Source: Dimorphilus gyrociliatus
Lineage: Eukaryota; Animalia; Annelida
Direction: 5' to 3'
NCBI GenBank assembly: GCA_904063045.1
Contig: CAJFCJ010000013.1
Location: 1,284,156 to 1,348,155 of the forward strand
Length of the DNA stretch: 64,000 nucleotides
Below the pieces are notes generated by a model. It was given only the letters and a program-made list of their open reading frames with translations, had not been told where the DNA came from and made no database searches. Of the stretch, positions 38,793 through 51,817 are shown piece after piece. Position 1 is the first letter of the stretch; each line of letters opens with the position of its first letter. The translations under genes and the position numbers were made by a program.

Positions 38793-40320
38793 ATGGAGAG
38801 CGACGATTTAAGAACAGAACTGTTGGAACATGGCATAGAAGTTGAATCTGAGCAGCAGGACGAGAACGAAATACTTTGGCTAAAGTCGAAGAGAATTCGT
38901 AAGTTTTTTCCTAAACACGTGGTTTTGGTTCAAAACTAGGTTACATAACTTTCTAGGGAAAAAAAAAGTTTACGATACAACTTCTGAAGACGACAGTACA
39001 AGAGTAAGACAAACTGAAACCGTTTTTTACGACGAATTTTCGGATGAAAGTGAGGAAACGAATGATACGGACGGAACTGAATTTACCGTTAATACCGACA
39101 GTTTGGAAGGCTCTGAATATACAGACGGTACGGAGTGCTCTGATGTAACAGAACTGACAGAGATAATAGCGCAAACGGAAGAAATAAGAGGAATGATGGC
39201 GTCGGTGGAGACAGAATACGCGGAAGAACTAACTAGTTCAGATATTCCTGAATTTCAAGAAGTACCCGAAATATCAGCAGGCATTGAAACAGAAAGCACA
39301 GTTTGTACCGATGGTTCTAGTTCAACTTGTTCTATGCACTCGCCAAGTGCGACCGAAGATACAGATAATGAGGAGAATATCGAGAGTAAGTAAAAAAATT
39401 GAAAATTGTTTGAGTTACACCAATTTTTCTTTTAATAATAGATACATCAAGCGGATATACAAGTGATACATTTATTGAGGAAGCGAAAACTCCTTGGTTT
39501 ACCGTCAAAGAATGGTATCCCTATCGCAATGGTAAATAACTTATACATATGCTATATATACAAAAACTATATATATATACAGTGTATATTTTATACTGGC
39601 ATAATTAACATTATGTACAACTTTTTATAGATACTTTTGAACGTAAAGCTATTCACCTTGAAAAACGCGTTATGATGGCCAAAGAGGAAAAATCGCTACT
39701 TGAAGACTTATATAGGCTAAGGGATAGAAAAACTATACGAAATTTGCGAATGATTTTACCTGAAGTTGGTGCTAAATTAAATCGACTTTCTAGAAGAAAG
39801 TCGAAAGTTGTTAAACTTGTTGAATCGAATCTTAGTATGTTAATTCTAGATTCACTGAATTTCACTAATCTTTTAACAAATTTCAACAGAATTATCTAAG
39901 AAGATGCCGAATATGGCAAGTTCTAGTTGTATTAGCTTTCAAACGAATTGGCTAAATCTATGCAGAGTTTTTGATCAAGAAACGATTGACGAGCGATTCA
40001 CCCAGATGGAACGCGACTGCTATCATTTCGTCTTTAGTGTGGCGAGTGCCGAAAAGCGAATTATTGAAGTTATGGAAATGAAATTACGACTGAATAGTAG
40101 GAATTTTTAGATATACATATACTTTTTAAAAAAAATGTAAATTTTACTTTTTTTCAACTTTTTAGTATCATTCCTGGGTGAGGCAGAAGAAGAGCGCATG
40201 AGGTCATATCAAGATGATATTCAACTGCTATACGAAAGAATCAAGAGTGACGTGAAATACTTGAAACTTCATTTAAAAGAATTCGTTGATAATATAAGCG
40301 AGATGGGAGAATTTAATTAG
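38793..40320 (+). CDS. Uncharacterised protein: acidic Ser/Thr/Glu-rich N-half and helical C-half, 6 exons
   Basis: Six exons join in phase from MESDDLRTELLEHG to ...ISEMGEFN*, linking ORFs 39103, 39672 and 39904. No family recognised. Confidence 0.7.
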
Positions 40321-41387
40321 TCCTCAATTTGAAATAACGCTGCTGTTTATGATTGAATACTTTAAAGATGTTTATCTAATTTAATTTGACATCCGTTTGT
40401 ATAAGAAATTGTGATACTTAGAGTTTCTGCTTATTGGTGTTTATATGTAAAGAATATGTTTTTTTGTACATAATCAACAATTCTCGTTATATTTAATTAA
40501 GAAATCAGAAAGTGAATATTGCTGACATGGAAAAAATTTCGAATATAATTTTTATAATGTAAAAAAAAAACTAATCGATTTGGTAAAATTGGTGTCTAAA
40601 TAATTGATAGAACAAAAAAGACTTTCGTCTAATGAAAATAACAAAAAACATTACTTACCATATTCTTACATGTCTATGATGTCGGTATTATATTTATTAA
40701 TGTAATTGAAAACCAACGCTGGATGCTTAATATCGTTACAAATTATTAGATCTCTTCCTAATTCACTCTTTACTTCTAGATCTGATACAGCAATGATTAC
40801 TAAATATTTGTACTCAATAGTCAATTAGCAAGATCAAATGCTGGTAGGCTCATTTACCTATTGTAACAGAAAAACATGCTATAAATCAAGTCGATCTTCT
40901 AGTTAGGAACGTCTTCCATCACCAAAGTAACAACTTTCGATTAAATGGTGTACTTCTTTTCCTCAAATTATTTTCCTTGGGTATGTCAGAAAAGGAGAAC
41001 TAAGAAAAAACAAACACTTTTAACGCCTTTGAACTGAATTATATTTAAATATCCAGAATATAATAGGAAATTTGGGCTGAAAAAATACAAATTGTTTCTA
41101 AAAAACTTACAAGCGTCTATCTTTATAATTTGTCGCTATTGTTTCTATATTCCACTTTTATTATCCTTCTAGATTGGAATGTAATTTTTGAGGAATTGAT
41201 TAAAATACTGAAATATTTAATTTTTAAATACTATTTTTCAAGGCCTGCTTTGAAAATTTTAGATTTTTGCGCCAATCCTGGACGTTGTTAGTGTCCATAC
41301 GAACAATTTTTAATTCAAAGACAGTTGAAGAACTTGCGTTATCTGCTAAACTTTTTTTGCTAAAAATATATACTTTACAACTTAAAT

Positions 41388-42275
41388 ATGCCACGAAGAA
41401 GTTCTGCCAGAGGACCTTCCAGGTAAAAATTGTAGTTTCTTCAAAAAGACGTCTTTGATGCTGCTATTTGTGCATGAAAACATGTATTTTGTCCTGAAAC
41501 ATGTGTGACCTTTATGTTATCGCTCTATTTCATCAAATTTCGTTTCATTGATAAATTATTCGTTTTTTTTTTTAGTTAAATCCCGGAACTTTTCATATCT
41601 AAGCTCATTTCATGGAATTTTATTAGTATTTCACTGTAAATTAATTATTTAGTCAATATCCGATTTAATTCTCCGAATTCTTTTAGGAGTCAAAAATTTG
41701 TTGCGTCATTTTAATAAGAATTGAATCATTAACGAATATTTAACGATGTTTTTGTTTGAGCAGAACGTTCAGCTCCGCTCCAGCTCGTCCTACAGCTGTT
41801 GCTCCAGCTCCCCCAGCAGCTCCTGCTCCTGTCGGTGTAGCAGCTCAGCCGAAACAACCCGGTCTTTTAGCCCAAGCGGCATCTACAGCCGGTGGAGTTG
41901 CAGTTGGATCAGTCGTTGTAAGTAGCTTTATAAACGATCATGCTTTTAACCTGGCATAAATTCTGAAATATTTATCTGTTAAAGGGCCATACTATCAACA
42001 GAGCCATGTTTGGAGGCGGTGATGGACAACAGACTGTTGAAGCTGCACCCCCAGTTCAACAACAGCAACAGCTTCAAGCGAACAATGGACCTTGTGGCCA
42101 CGAACTTAGTCAATTCTTGCAATGTGCCCAGAATCAAAGCGATATTAGTTTGTGCTACGGTTTTAATGAAGCATTAAAGCAGTGCAAGCTCAACAATGGT
42201 AAATAAATTATACTGTATATGAACCATTCCAAATTTATTTAACTATTTTTCATACCAACAGGCTTACAAATATAA
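41388..42275 (+). CDS. CHCHD2: CHCHD2/CHCHD10 (Mix17) mitochondrial intermembrane-space protein, 4 exons
   Basis: MPRRSSARGPSR|..., QPKQPGLLAQAASTAGGVAVGSVV|GHTI and twin CX9C (CGHELSQFLQC, CYGFNEALKQC). Confidence 0.93.
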
Positions 42276-43193
42276 GAAAATCGACCGATGACTTGAGGGG
42301 CGTCTTATTACTAACAGAACACTAATAAATATAAACTATTTGTTGTAATAAATAAAGCAACGCCTGTTAACTTGAGTGATTCGTAATATACAGTATACTG
42401 ATTATGAATAAAAATTATAAAAAACTGTTGACATTCTCGTCCGTAGAAGAGCTTTAATGTGAATGTTTAGAAAGCAAAGGGTAATGTTGTCACGCTAAAG
42501 CGAATTGCTCTTTGATTTAGGATTGCTACATTTCGAACTACACGCAATGCGTTTGCTTTGATAAAGTTCGAAGTAAAAAAAAAATACAATTTCTAATAAG
42601 AAAGAAACACATTTAAAAAAGTGATAAAAGCAATAAAATATTAATAAATTAAAGTATTAATCATAAAGCAATGACGATAAAAAAGAATTAAAAATATTTT
42701 ACATAGGATGTAAAGAATTTCTTAAGCCATTAAAAAGTATTCTATCAACGCTTGACGCCTTTTAGGTGAAATTTTATTTAAGAGTTTTTGTAAAAGATCT
42801 TTGTTGTTTGATATTTGTAACAGTTACCTATATCATTTAGAATCGTTTAATTAGCAAAAAGACATAACTTCAATCATGTTCATTCAGCTTGATCAAATAA
42901 CGATAATAACTTTCGCAAAAACTTTGTATTTTTTTGTTCTTTTTTTTTAACAGACTGGTGGCGCCACAGGAATCGAACATATATATGTATATACTTCATA
43001 TATGTGTCTAAATATACTATATATATATAGCTCATCATAAAAGTATTGCAGTCATTGAGAAAAGGTACTCTGCTAGGTAAACATCGAAATGTAAGTTACC
43101 TTTTTCATTTTATTATTTTTATTCTTAGCTAAACATTCCCAAAAGAATATAGAACATTTTAGAATAACGACAGTTGACGTTTAAGAATAAATA

Positions 43194-45435
43194 ATGAACA
43201 AGAAAAAACTTACCAGCAAACCCTTAAAACAAAATTTGGAAGAGGAGGAAAGTGATGATTCTGGGTTATTTGAAATGTTGGACTGTCTATGCTTAGAAGA
43301 TTTAGAAGGTGGCGAAAATAAGTCAATAAATGGCCTAAATATGGGTAAAAAATTTAAGTTGAATAGTTTTATTATTTTTTTTATTTAGAATTATACTTTT
43401 AAAAAAATTATATCAATTTCTTAGAGTTTACCAAGAATTCTTCGATATATTTTAACCTTTCAATATTACTTTCTTTCCTTTTATAGAATTTTGGAACGAT
43501 ATCAATTTCTATTGGGACTATAGGTGGCTTCTTAGCACTGATCGTAAGTGATATTCATTCTCTTCTATGGTAAAAAAAAATCTATTACGTTTTATTTTTT
43601 ACAGGTTCTGATAGTAGATGGTTTCCAAGATCATCCAACAATACCGTACTCCAAGGTGAGTAATAAAAATTTTCAATTAAATTAGCAGAATTGATTACTT
43701 ATTAAAGCTTGTCAAACTTTATAAATCTATATCGTTGTTCTTAATAAACATGCAATATAAAATTTCTATAGCTTTTTATATGCTAAATCAAAAAATGTAC
43801 GTAATTGAAGGCTGATAATAATAAACTTGGAGATTTTATTCAAAGAATTTTAAGAGATTTAATGCTATTCTTCTATTATTTTGTTTGTTTTATTCGAATC
43901 AAAACTTATTACTTGTCTTTTTAAATAGATAATCGACCTTACCAAGAACCTAAACAAAGTATAACCTAATAAATACCTTGGATGAAAATTGTTAAAAAAA
44001 GAAAAATCTGTTTCAGATTCCTTCAATGTTATAATGCCAGAATTCGGAACGCCTTGCGAAGGTCTTGGGTGAAAAAACATTTTCTTTAAGAGATCTCTTA
44101 AATGAGTTTTTTCAACTATTCCAATGATAAATTTCATTTTATTTTTTTAATTTAACACTGTACAGATATAGACACCCTAGCTCTTCTAAGGAAGTTTCTG
44201 TTAAACTATAAGTCTGGAATCGAACAAGATCATATACATCGTTATATTTTGGGGGAATTGAATTGGCTGATTGAGCATCGAAAATTTCTCTACATGTTAC
44301 AAAAAGAAGATATTATCAGAAGAGAAATTTATTATAATAAGGCTCTCGCCTATTCATTGAATGGCTTGGGTATTCCTCTTTATCCACAATCTGAGGTAGG
44401 AATTAAATTTTACAATTGTAGAAAAACTAACAGTTTCTCTCCGTAAATCTTTCTTTTCAGACGATAACGCAAGTAATAAATATGAGGAGACTTTCATTTT
44501 CTACTTTTGAAGTACAAACTGCAGCCACGATAGGCTATTTGGAAGAATATTCGTTTAATTTACAACAAAGTTTCGAATCTTCACCAGTTTATTATCCTGA
44601 TGTTGGAGATTTTGTAATTGTGAAAAGTGATATGTATTATAGGGCTACAGTGAAATTGGTATTCAACACTGAATGCTTGGTTCAATTGACTGATATAATT
44701 GGAGATCGTATGATTCAATTTCATAATATACGCGAAATCCCTGAGATGCTGGCACTGCAGCCTATCCTTATATTCAAAGCCACTTTCCGTTTACTGCAGA
44801 TTTTTGATTTCTTGGATGACAACCAAGCTTTTAATACGCTTCTTGATTATTCAATCAGAAGACCTGGAACAGCAATCATAAATCTAATGGCAACTGGTGG
44901 AATGGCAATGTGTAAACTATTAATTAATGGCCATGATATGATTATGTCTATAATTTGTGAATTTTTTCAACGATTTCATTATATTCATAGGTCAGGGGAT
45001 GTAATGAAATGCATTTATTCTAGCATGAGCGGAAATTACGGTACCGTTTTCGTTCAACATAATTTAAATGGTTTGGAAATTTTAGATTCATTCACTAAAC
45101 GTTTAATTATTAGATGGCATACGTTAAAAACGTTAACATTTTTCAAACCTGGAGATTTTGGGGTTGTAATGTTTAAAGGAAAACCCCATAGAGCTATTGT
45201 TCAAAATTCAGAATGCGGAATACATAGACTAGTTGATGTTGGCACTTTAGTACAAACTCCAAGATTATTTTGTATACCAGACGAGTTGAAAGTTTTTCCA
45301 CCCCAAGCAGTTGAAATTCCTGTTATTCCTGAAGATCAGCACAAAATTATCGAAATGCAATGTGGAACACCTCTACAATTATTAAATACCTATCACTGGT
45401 ATAAACTGGTGGAAGCTAATAAAGATTTTCCATAG
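43194..45435 (+). CDS. Tudor-domain protein (two divergent extended Tudor domains, possible LOTUS-like helix upstream)
   Basis: The last exon encodes PDVGDFVIVKSDMYYRATV...VQLTDIIG...IPEMLALQP and KPGDFGVVMFKGKPHRAIV...LVDVG...IPDELKVFPPQAVEI. Six upstream exons join in phase. The true start may lie further 5'. Confidence 0.7.
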
Positions 45436-46758
45436 TTATTAACAATTAAAAAAAGTATTTGGTATCAAAACAGCAAATTTCTTAGTTCACGAAAACTTTA
45501 TCACTTATTTCACCTTACTTTCTTTTGTGTGCATTTTATCTATGCAAAGAAATACATACTCTACCGTACGAAGTCTAAGCAATTAAAAAAAAAGAAAAAA
45601 AAACTTAACAATAAACAATACTCTAAAGGTAACAATTACATTTTACAAGCACGCTTTTAAATACTAAAAAGTAATTTGCACCTATTTTTATTGTTACTAA
45701 TGTTATTATTATTATCATCTTAGTGTACACTCGTTCGTAAGCTTCTCTTTCAAAGTCACAATCCAATAACTTTCTTCGAGGAACATACATATTGTCTTGT
45801 CGCTTTATGATTATAGAAGTGTAACATGTGGAATGTTGATATTTATTAGTGTGTGTGGGTGTGTGTTTTTCTTTTTGGTTAAACGAAAAATATTTATGAT
45901 ATGTACTAGAAATCTTGAAAGTTTTAGATCGGGGAAATCGAAGTATTGCTTTTTTTTTTAACAACCAGCTAAGAAGTCTAGGCAAGTATTATTTTTTAGT
46001 GTTCCGACATGCTATATTATTTAAGGGTCATCAAGAGAGATTTAAAAAAATAATAAAATACTGCCATCCTCTTGGTTTTGGTCTGCAAAATACGGTTTGT
46101 CTATACTAAAATCTAATATTTATACAATATAGATTATTAGATTTTGCAGATAATAAGCTAAAGAATCTTTTTATATACACTTTTTTTTTATAGTTAAAGA
46201 ATTCTATGGAATTTTTCTATTAGTAAAAATTTCCAGATAAAACGTATATGCCTTTAATATTAACTCGGTAGTTAGTTAAAAAGGAACAATAAAAAAAAAA
46301 GCTTTTACGAACGACTAAAGGATTTCCAAAAGATATGGCCACGAAAAGTTTTGTTTTTAGGATGAAAAGTCAAAACGGAGACTGGCAGTTTGGTGAAAGT
46401 TTTTATTCGGTCAAAATTATCACAAAATCATGTAAGTAACAAACCATATGACTTTCATAATAAACAAAGTACAAGAAACAAGAAAAATCTTGTTATTTAA
46501 GTATATTGAAAGTTTTACCATCACCTGAGAGATTTCTTATCTCTAAGATATGACTTGTGTTAAAGATGAAGCGGAAAAATTATGCAAAATGACGTCATAA
46601 TTCTCCCCTTAATCTCTAACAAATGTTATGAAAACTCATACTCGAGAAGAAACAAGATACAGTACTTAAACAATCTATTGTAAAGGTAAAGTAATTGTCT
46701 GTAAGCCAAAGGGTCGTTAGAGAAAAGTATTCAAAAGAGCTAATATTAATAATTTGTT

Positions 46759-47547
46759 TCAGCTGTTGACCTCAGGAACTTGTTCATCGTTATTGACGGA
46801 AGAAATAAAATTGTTCTTTTTCTTACGCCTGAGATTTCTATTTTTTCGACTTTTTGCAATGGATTTCCTTTCAGCCGTCTCTAAATCAATGGGTAAAGTA
46901 GTATAGAAATTCTTTTCTTCGCTGGATTCTCCAAAGTTTCTGAGCCTTTTATACAAGCAACCATCCAAAGAATTATTCTCTCGAATAAAACAAGGTATAG
47001 TTGATACATGAAATGCTCTAGTATTAATTTTTTCCTCAGACAAATATTGAATAAAGGGGTACGTAAAAAAATAGCCAATTGTTATGATTATCAAAAGAAT
47101 ATTTGTTTGAACTAAAATAATCACTAGTTTTAGACTGACTGTACACTTTTCTTCATTTTCACTTTTTGCTTCGTCTGTCGTTTCATTTATTGCTTTAAAC
47201 TTTGGCTTAGAATACTGTTCTAGTATATGTTTGTAAAAGACTTTAAGATTTTTTTCATTTTTAAAGGCGTCATTGTTTTCTTTGGTCTCTATCTTTCTTT
47301 TTATGAGATCACTTTTCAAATTATTAGCTTCAGTTCCAAAGCTTGGATTGTTTTCAATTGTAGTTTCAATTTGGTTAACACTTTTAGGTTTGTGGTATGG
47401 CTTTATAGCGTATAACAACTCAAAGCTTGAATTGTCTAACACAATATCCTGATTCTTAGTCGGTTCCGGTTCTTCATTTCCTCCTACAGGTTCTTCCCTT
47501 GGTCCAAGAGAAACGTCTGACAGCAAATCTGTTTCACTCGATTCCAT
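46759..47547 (-). CDS. Intronless orphan single-pass membrane protein, 262 aa
   Basis: Uninterrupted ORF with an ATG start, one hydrophobic segment (LVIILVQTNILLIIITIGYFFTYPFI) and a basic tail. It lies head-to-head with ARL6IP4. Confidence 0.6.
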   Translation of the reverse strand: MESSETDLLSDVSLGPREEPVGGNEEPEPTKNQDIVLDNSSFELLYAIKPYHKPKSVNQIETTIENNPSFGTEANNLKSDLIKRKIETKENNDAFKNEKNLKVFYKHILEQYSKPKFKAINETTDEAKSENEEKCTVSLKLVIILVQTNILLIIITIGYFFTYPFIQYLSEEKINTRAFHVSTIPCFIRENNSLDGCLYKRLRNFGESSEEKNFYTTLPIDLETAERKSIAKSRKNRNLRRKKKNNFISSVNNDEQVPEVNS

Positions 47548-47769
47548 ATCAATTAAAGCATAAATTAATTACCTTTGCTTTGCTGTATCAACAGATAATT
47601 TTACAAATCGAAAGTATAATTTCACTTAATTGCAAAATTTGGTACCAGTTTTCAGTTTCCCTTGGAATCAACAACGTGAAATTTTTTGCTATGTATTATT
47701 GTTTACGACTGGTAACCTGACTATTCTATATTCGACGCCTTTTGTATTAGCAAAGAATTCTATTAAATT

Positions 47770-48657
47770 ATGACAACACCGTTAGCTTTAAATTAAACTA
47801 AGAGAAAAAATATCAATAAGCCTTTATTTCCAGAGACTCGCCTGAAGAAGATAGAAGTAGAAAGCGTAGGAGACAAACAGCATCCACATCCCGGTCGACA
47901 AGTTCGGACAGTTCTTTTGAAATCGAAAAGAAGAAAAAGAAGCACAAAAAGGAGAAAAAGAAGCATAAACATTCGAAAAAATCTAAGCATAAAAAAAAGT
48001 CTAAAAAGCATAAAAAGCGAGATGAAAAAGAAAGAGATTCCTCTCCTGACGCACCAAAAGCAGCAAGTTCGTAAACACTTTTATATTTCTATGAAATTCA
48101 AAATAACTTTCAAAGTTATAAAATTAATATTCTATTCGCTCCCTTGTAATTACTTTCGTTACTCTAAACATAAAAAGATTTCATTTTTTTCTTGTGTATT
48201 AATCATTTTCACGACAACACACGCACTAGATTACGTTTTTTTTTTTTTAACTTGGCAGTTCTATGATACAAATATAACATAAGCAAACAATTTGTTTCTT
48301 TAAAGGCGAAACTAAGGAGACTCCCAAAAATTTCATGCGTCCAATGACTTATGACGAGTGGAAGAAAAAATCTCAAGAAATTCGTCGAGAATTTGATCCC
48401 GAAAGTGGACGGATTAGGTAAGAAAGAACTCTTCATTTTGCTTATAAACCAAATAATTTTTTCAACATTTAGACTAATTAGGGGAGAAGGGGAAATTATT
48501 GAAGAAATAGTCAGCAAAAAAAGGCAAATGGAAATAAATAGAGTAAATATAATACTTTTTTGCTAAATGTTCTGCTACAAGAATATTTTTCTAATAGAAT
48601 TCTACACTGGCTGATGGGGAATTCTATGCTAAAACTGCTGGAACTTATAAACAGTAG
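47770..48657 (+). CDS. ARL6IP4: ARL6IP4 / SR-25 family splicing-related protein, 5 exons
   Basis: A Ser/Lys/His-rich region precedes MRPMTYDEWKKKSQEIRREFDPESGRIR|LIRGEGEIIEEIVSKKRQMEINR|NSTLADG, matching the SR-25 domain. The ORF track shows wrong frames here. Confidence 0.9.
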
Positions 48658-49083
48658 TCCGGCAAATTCGCCGCTATTCCACCATTCCCCTATCCTTTTT
48701 TTATATTGAATTTCATTTGTATAAAGAATGATATAGCTCTTTACTTTGAATAGAAACTTATAATATAAACTTTAGTCAAAGATAGATTTATTAACTCTTC
48801 ATTAAATTTTGTAGCGATTGTTATTATTACATTTTTTAAGTTAATTGGAAAATATATTACAATAAAAGGATGAGAGAGAATTTTTTTGTAATAATGTGAT
48901 TTACTTTGTAATTAATAAAATTGAATATTAAACAAAGATTTTTAAATGAGGAGAGAAATTAGGCATGAGTTTAATTTTGTTTTTCATCAATACATAAAGC
49001 TACGTTGCAAGGCACGCTAAATTAGGAGAATAATAGTAACAGTTAGACTTTCTTTTTAAATAAAGCCTAGATTATTCCTAACT

Positions 49084-50293
49084 TCAGGTCATTGCTGCCT
49101 CTCTTTTCCTAGCTACAGTTTGAACAAAATGGGCATGGCTTGCGTATAATCTGATATCTTTAGTAATTGCCATCCATTGAACTCCAGTAGCATCGTCACC
49201 AGCGTGTAATTTAAATTTAGCTACACTATTTCCATTTTCGTCATGAAAATTATAAGCATCCGTTTCCATCCAAGCATTATCAGTATTACGAGGATCATCA
49301 ACGTAACCTTTATATATCTATAGGAAAATTCATTGTAGGCAAGAAAATTTGAAGTTATTTATAGACTATGATCAATATGAATTTTTAAATAGTTAATTGT
49401 GTAGAATAGTACAATAGTAAACTATATAATAGACTTATTTGTACAAAATAAAACTTACCATATCTCCTCCTTTACGAAATAATTCGTCTACATTTTGCTG
49501 GATTCGTGCTCTCTCTTCAGGTGGAACTTCTAAAGATGCCATTGCTTCCTCTCCAAACTCCCGTCTTAATGTTACATTTACTTGTTCACCAGGATCAACC
49601 ATCCCGCCAGGTATAGCCCATTCTCCTGTATCTCTTCTCTGTATAGCAATAAATTCAAGGACTCTTTTTTCGCCTCTCTTTTTTCCAGGTTGCCATCTGG
49701 TGACTATTGGATCAGCCGCATGATTTGGCCCCCAGCGTCCAAGTGCCCCTCTGCCTTTTAGACCCGTTCGTCCTTTTGGATTTAGAGGAACCGAAGTTCC
49801 ATTTAATGTTTCTAACTTGTATTTACATTCGTAACTTCTCCTATCTATTCTGCTACCATCAAGATTATCGAAGCTATTCCATTTTGCAGCTTGTAGTTCT
49901 TTTGTACCAACATCGTAATCAGCCCAAACAGGTTTCTTTTGTGTTTTAGAATCTAACATTACAGACTTTGTTGTAAATATCTGAGGTCTGTATTCTTCTT
50001 TAGGAACAATAAGCCACGAAAGATCTCTATCATCAACTTCTACTCTGCGAATTTTGTTATCTCCTCCTCTTTGGTATACTCCACCCCGACATTTATAGTG
50101 AATTACTTTGGCTCGATCAGATTTGACATATTCCTCATATGACAAGACATTGGACCTTGTCGACGAAGCACTCATAGCTACAGACTTTGAAATGTTCGAC
50201 AGTATTCTCCGAAACTGGAAGTTAAAGAATCATCGATATAGATTCTGATAAATTAACTGGAGAAAAAGCGAAACAAACAACATTTTGAAGCAT
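49084..50293 (-). CDS. NUDT9: ADP-ribose pyrophosphatase NUDT9
   Basis: [32 protein letters not shown], Nudix box [37 protein letters not shown] and LYASH. The first exon (ATG 50293) is provisional; an in-frame ATG also exists at 50175. Confidence 0.93.
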
Positions 50294-51817
50294 ACGAAAC
50301 GCAAACTTTGCAACACATTGCGTTGTATCACCTTCTTTTTTTTTTTAGATATTTTCGGTTTTGAAAACAACTCAACACCAGAATAAAAGGATTGTCAATG
50401 TTATTAGTTAAAAGTATGTAATCTATTGGAGAGATAAAAAAAAATTACCTAACCTGTACATTTTGAAATTGAACAGTACTGTTCTCTAATCTTAGATAGC
50501 CGAATGGAAGAATAATTAATATTAATATAAATATTAAGCAGAGTATTATGCGATATAACTTTTTTTTCATAAGAAACTTATCATCATCAATCATATTTAT
50601 ATCTTTTAAAAAATTTTCCTTAGATTTACGCTCTATTAAAGACATTGTGGATGGAGAGTTGTACTATATAGAAAATGATGGAATTGATAGAGATATTTAT
50701 ATATGGGTAGGAAGAGATCGCATCTGTTACAATAGTTACTCGACGAATCAACTAAGAGAACGTTTAAATAAACAATTACCTTTGAAAACGTTCAAATTAA
50801 AGATTCTATCTGATAAAGTTTGAATTATAAGAGAAAATAGAATGAAAAATACTACGTTAAATTTTTAAGTTTAATAAACAAAATGACTAATAAGATTATA
50901 TAGATAAGTCATAAGTTTAGTCAATTCACATTCACATTTAGTCAATAATAGAGGAAACAATCCTATATTTGTTTTGCAGCTTCTACGCTATTCTTTTAAT
51001 CTTAAATTTTCAAGAAAATCTTACATTCTTTAAACTTCTTTTAACTTGTTCCAATATTATTTGATTATTAAATACTTTATGTATAAATATCTTCAATCAA
51101 ATGAAATAAATACAAGTTATTGCAAAAAATTTCCTTAAGCTGTGAAACATAACAACCCTTTAGATAAGATGTTTATCTGTAAATAAGAGTAACTAGCTCA
51201 TCGTGCTTAAAAGTACTCAATAATCATTTAAATATAACACATGTATATTTATATTGATTCAAAAGAGAAAAATATCGAAGATAAACACTTACACTCTCAA
51301 TGTCAGAATTTCGTGTGTGAATTTATCTCGTCACTACCACGCCATGTTTAATAGAGTGGTTAGAATTAGAATTCAAGTGGGAATTGAACAGAACGATCAG
51401 CGCAAGTTAAGACACTCAATAACTTTGAATTGTATTGTTTATACGTCTACTTTTTATGATTCATTTGCATTTCAACATTAATTAACAGATACGCAAACTT
51501 TTATTTTTAAATATCTGATACAAAATATAAAAAAAAGAAAAATACCGAAAAACTCGGAAGCCGCACCATACTATTATTTTCAAAGAATATACCACAATGC
51601 AACAGGCACATCTTTTTAAAAAAGCCTTACAAAACTTGCACAATTATGTGCGAATACCAATTGAAAGTAAATTTTTTGTGTATTTAGATAAAGCAATGCC
51701 GCCCTAATATCATTTAAAATCAACATAATGAAAAGAAACGGAAGTGCAAATCGAATCGAACTATCAAAACGAAACTAGAAAAGTATTTCTTTTTTTTTTT
51801 TTGAACTAATAAAACTA

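Noticed and set aside
40660-41180. Possible small secreted-protein gene assembled from plus-strand exons
   Set aside because: The model needs a 26-nt intron, which is implausible, and minus-strand alternatives were equally weak.
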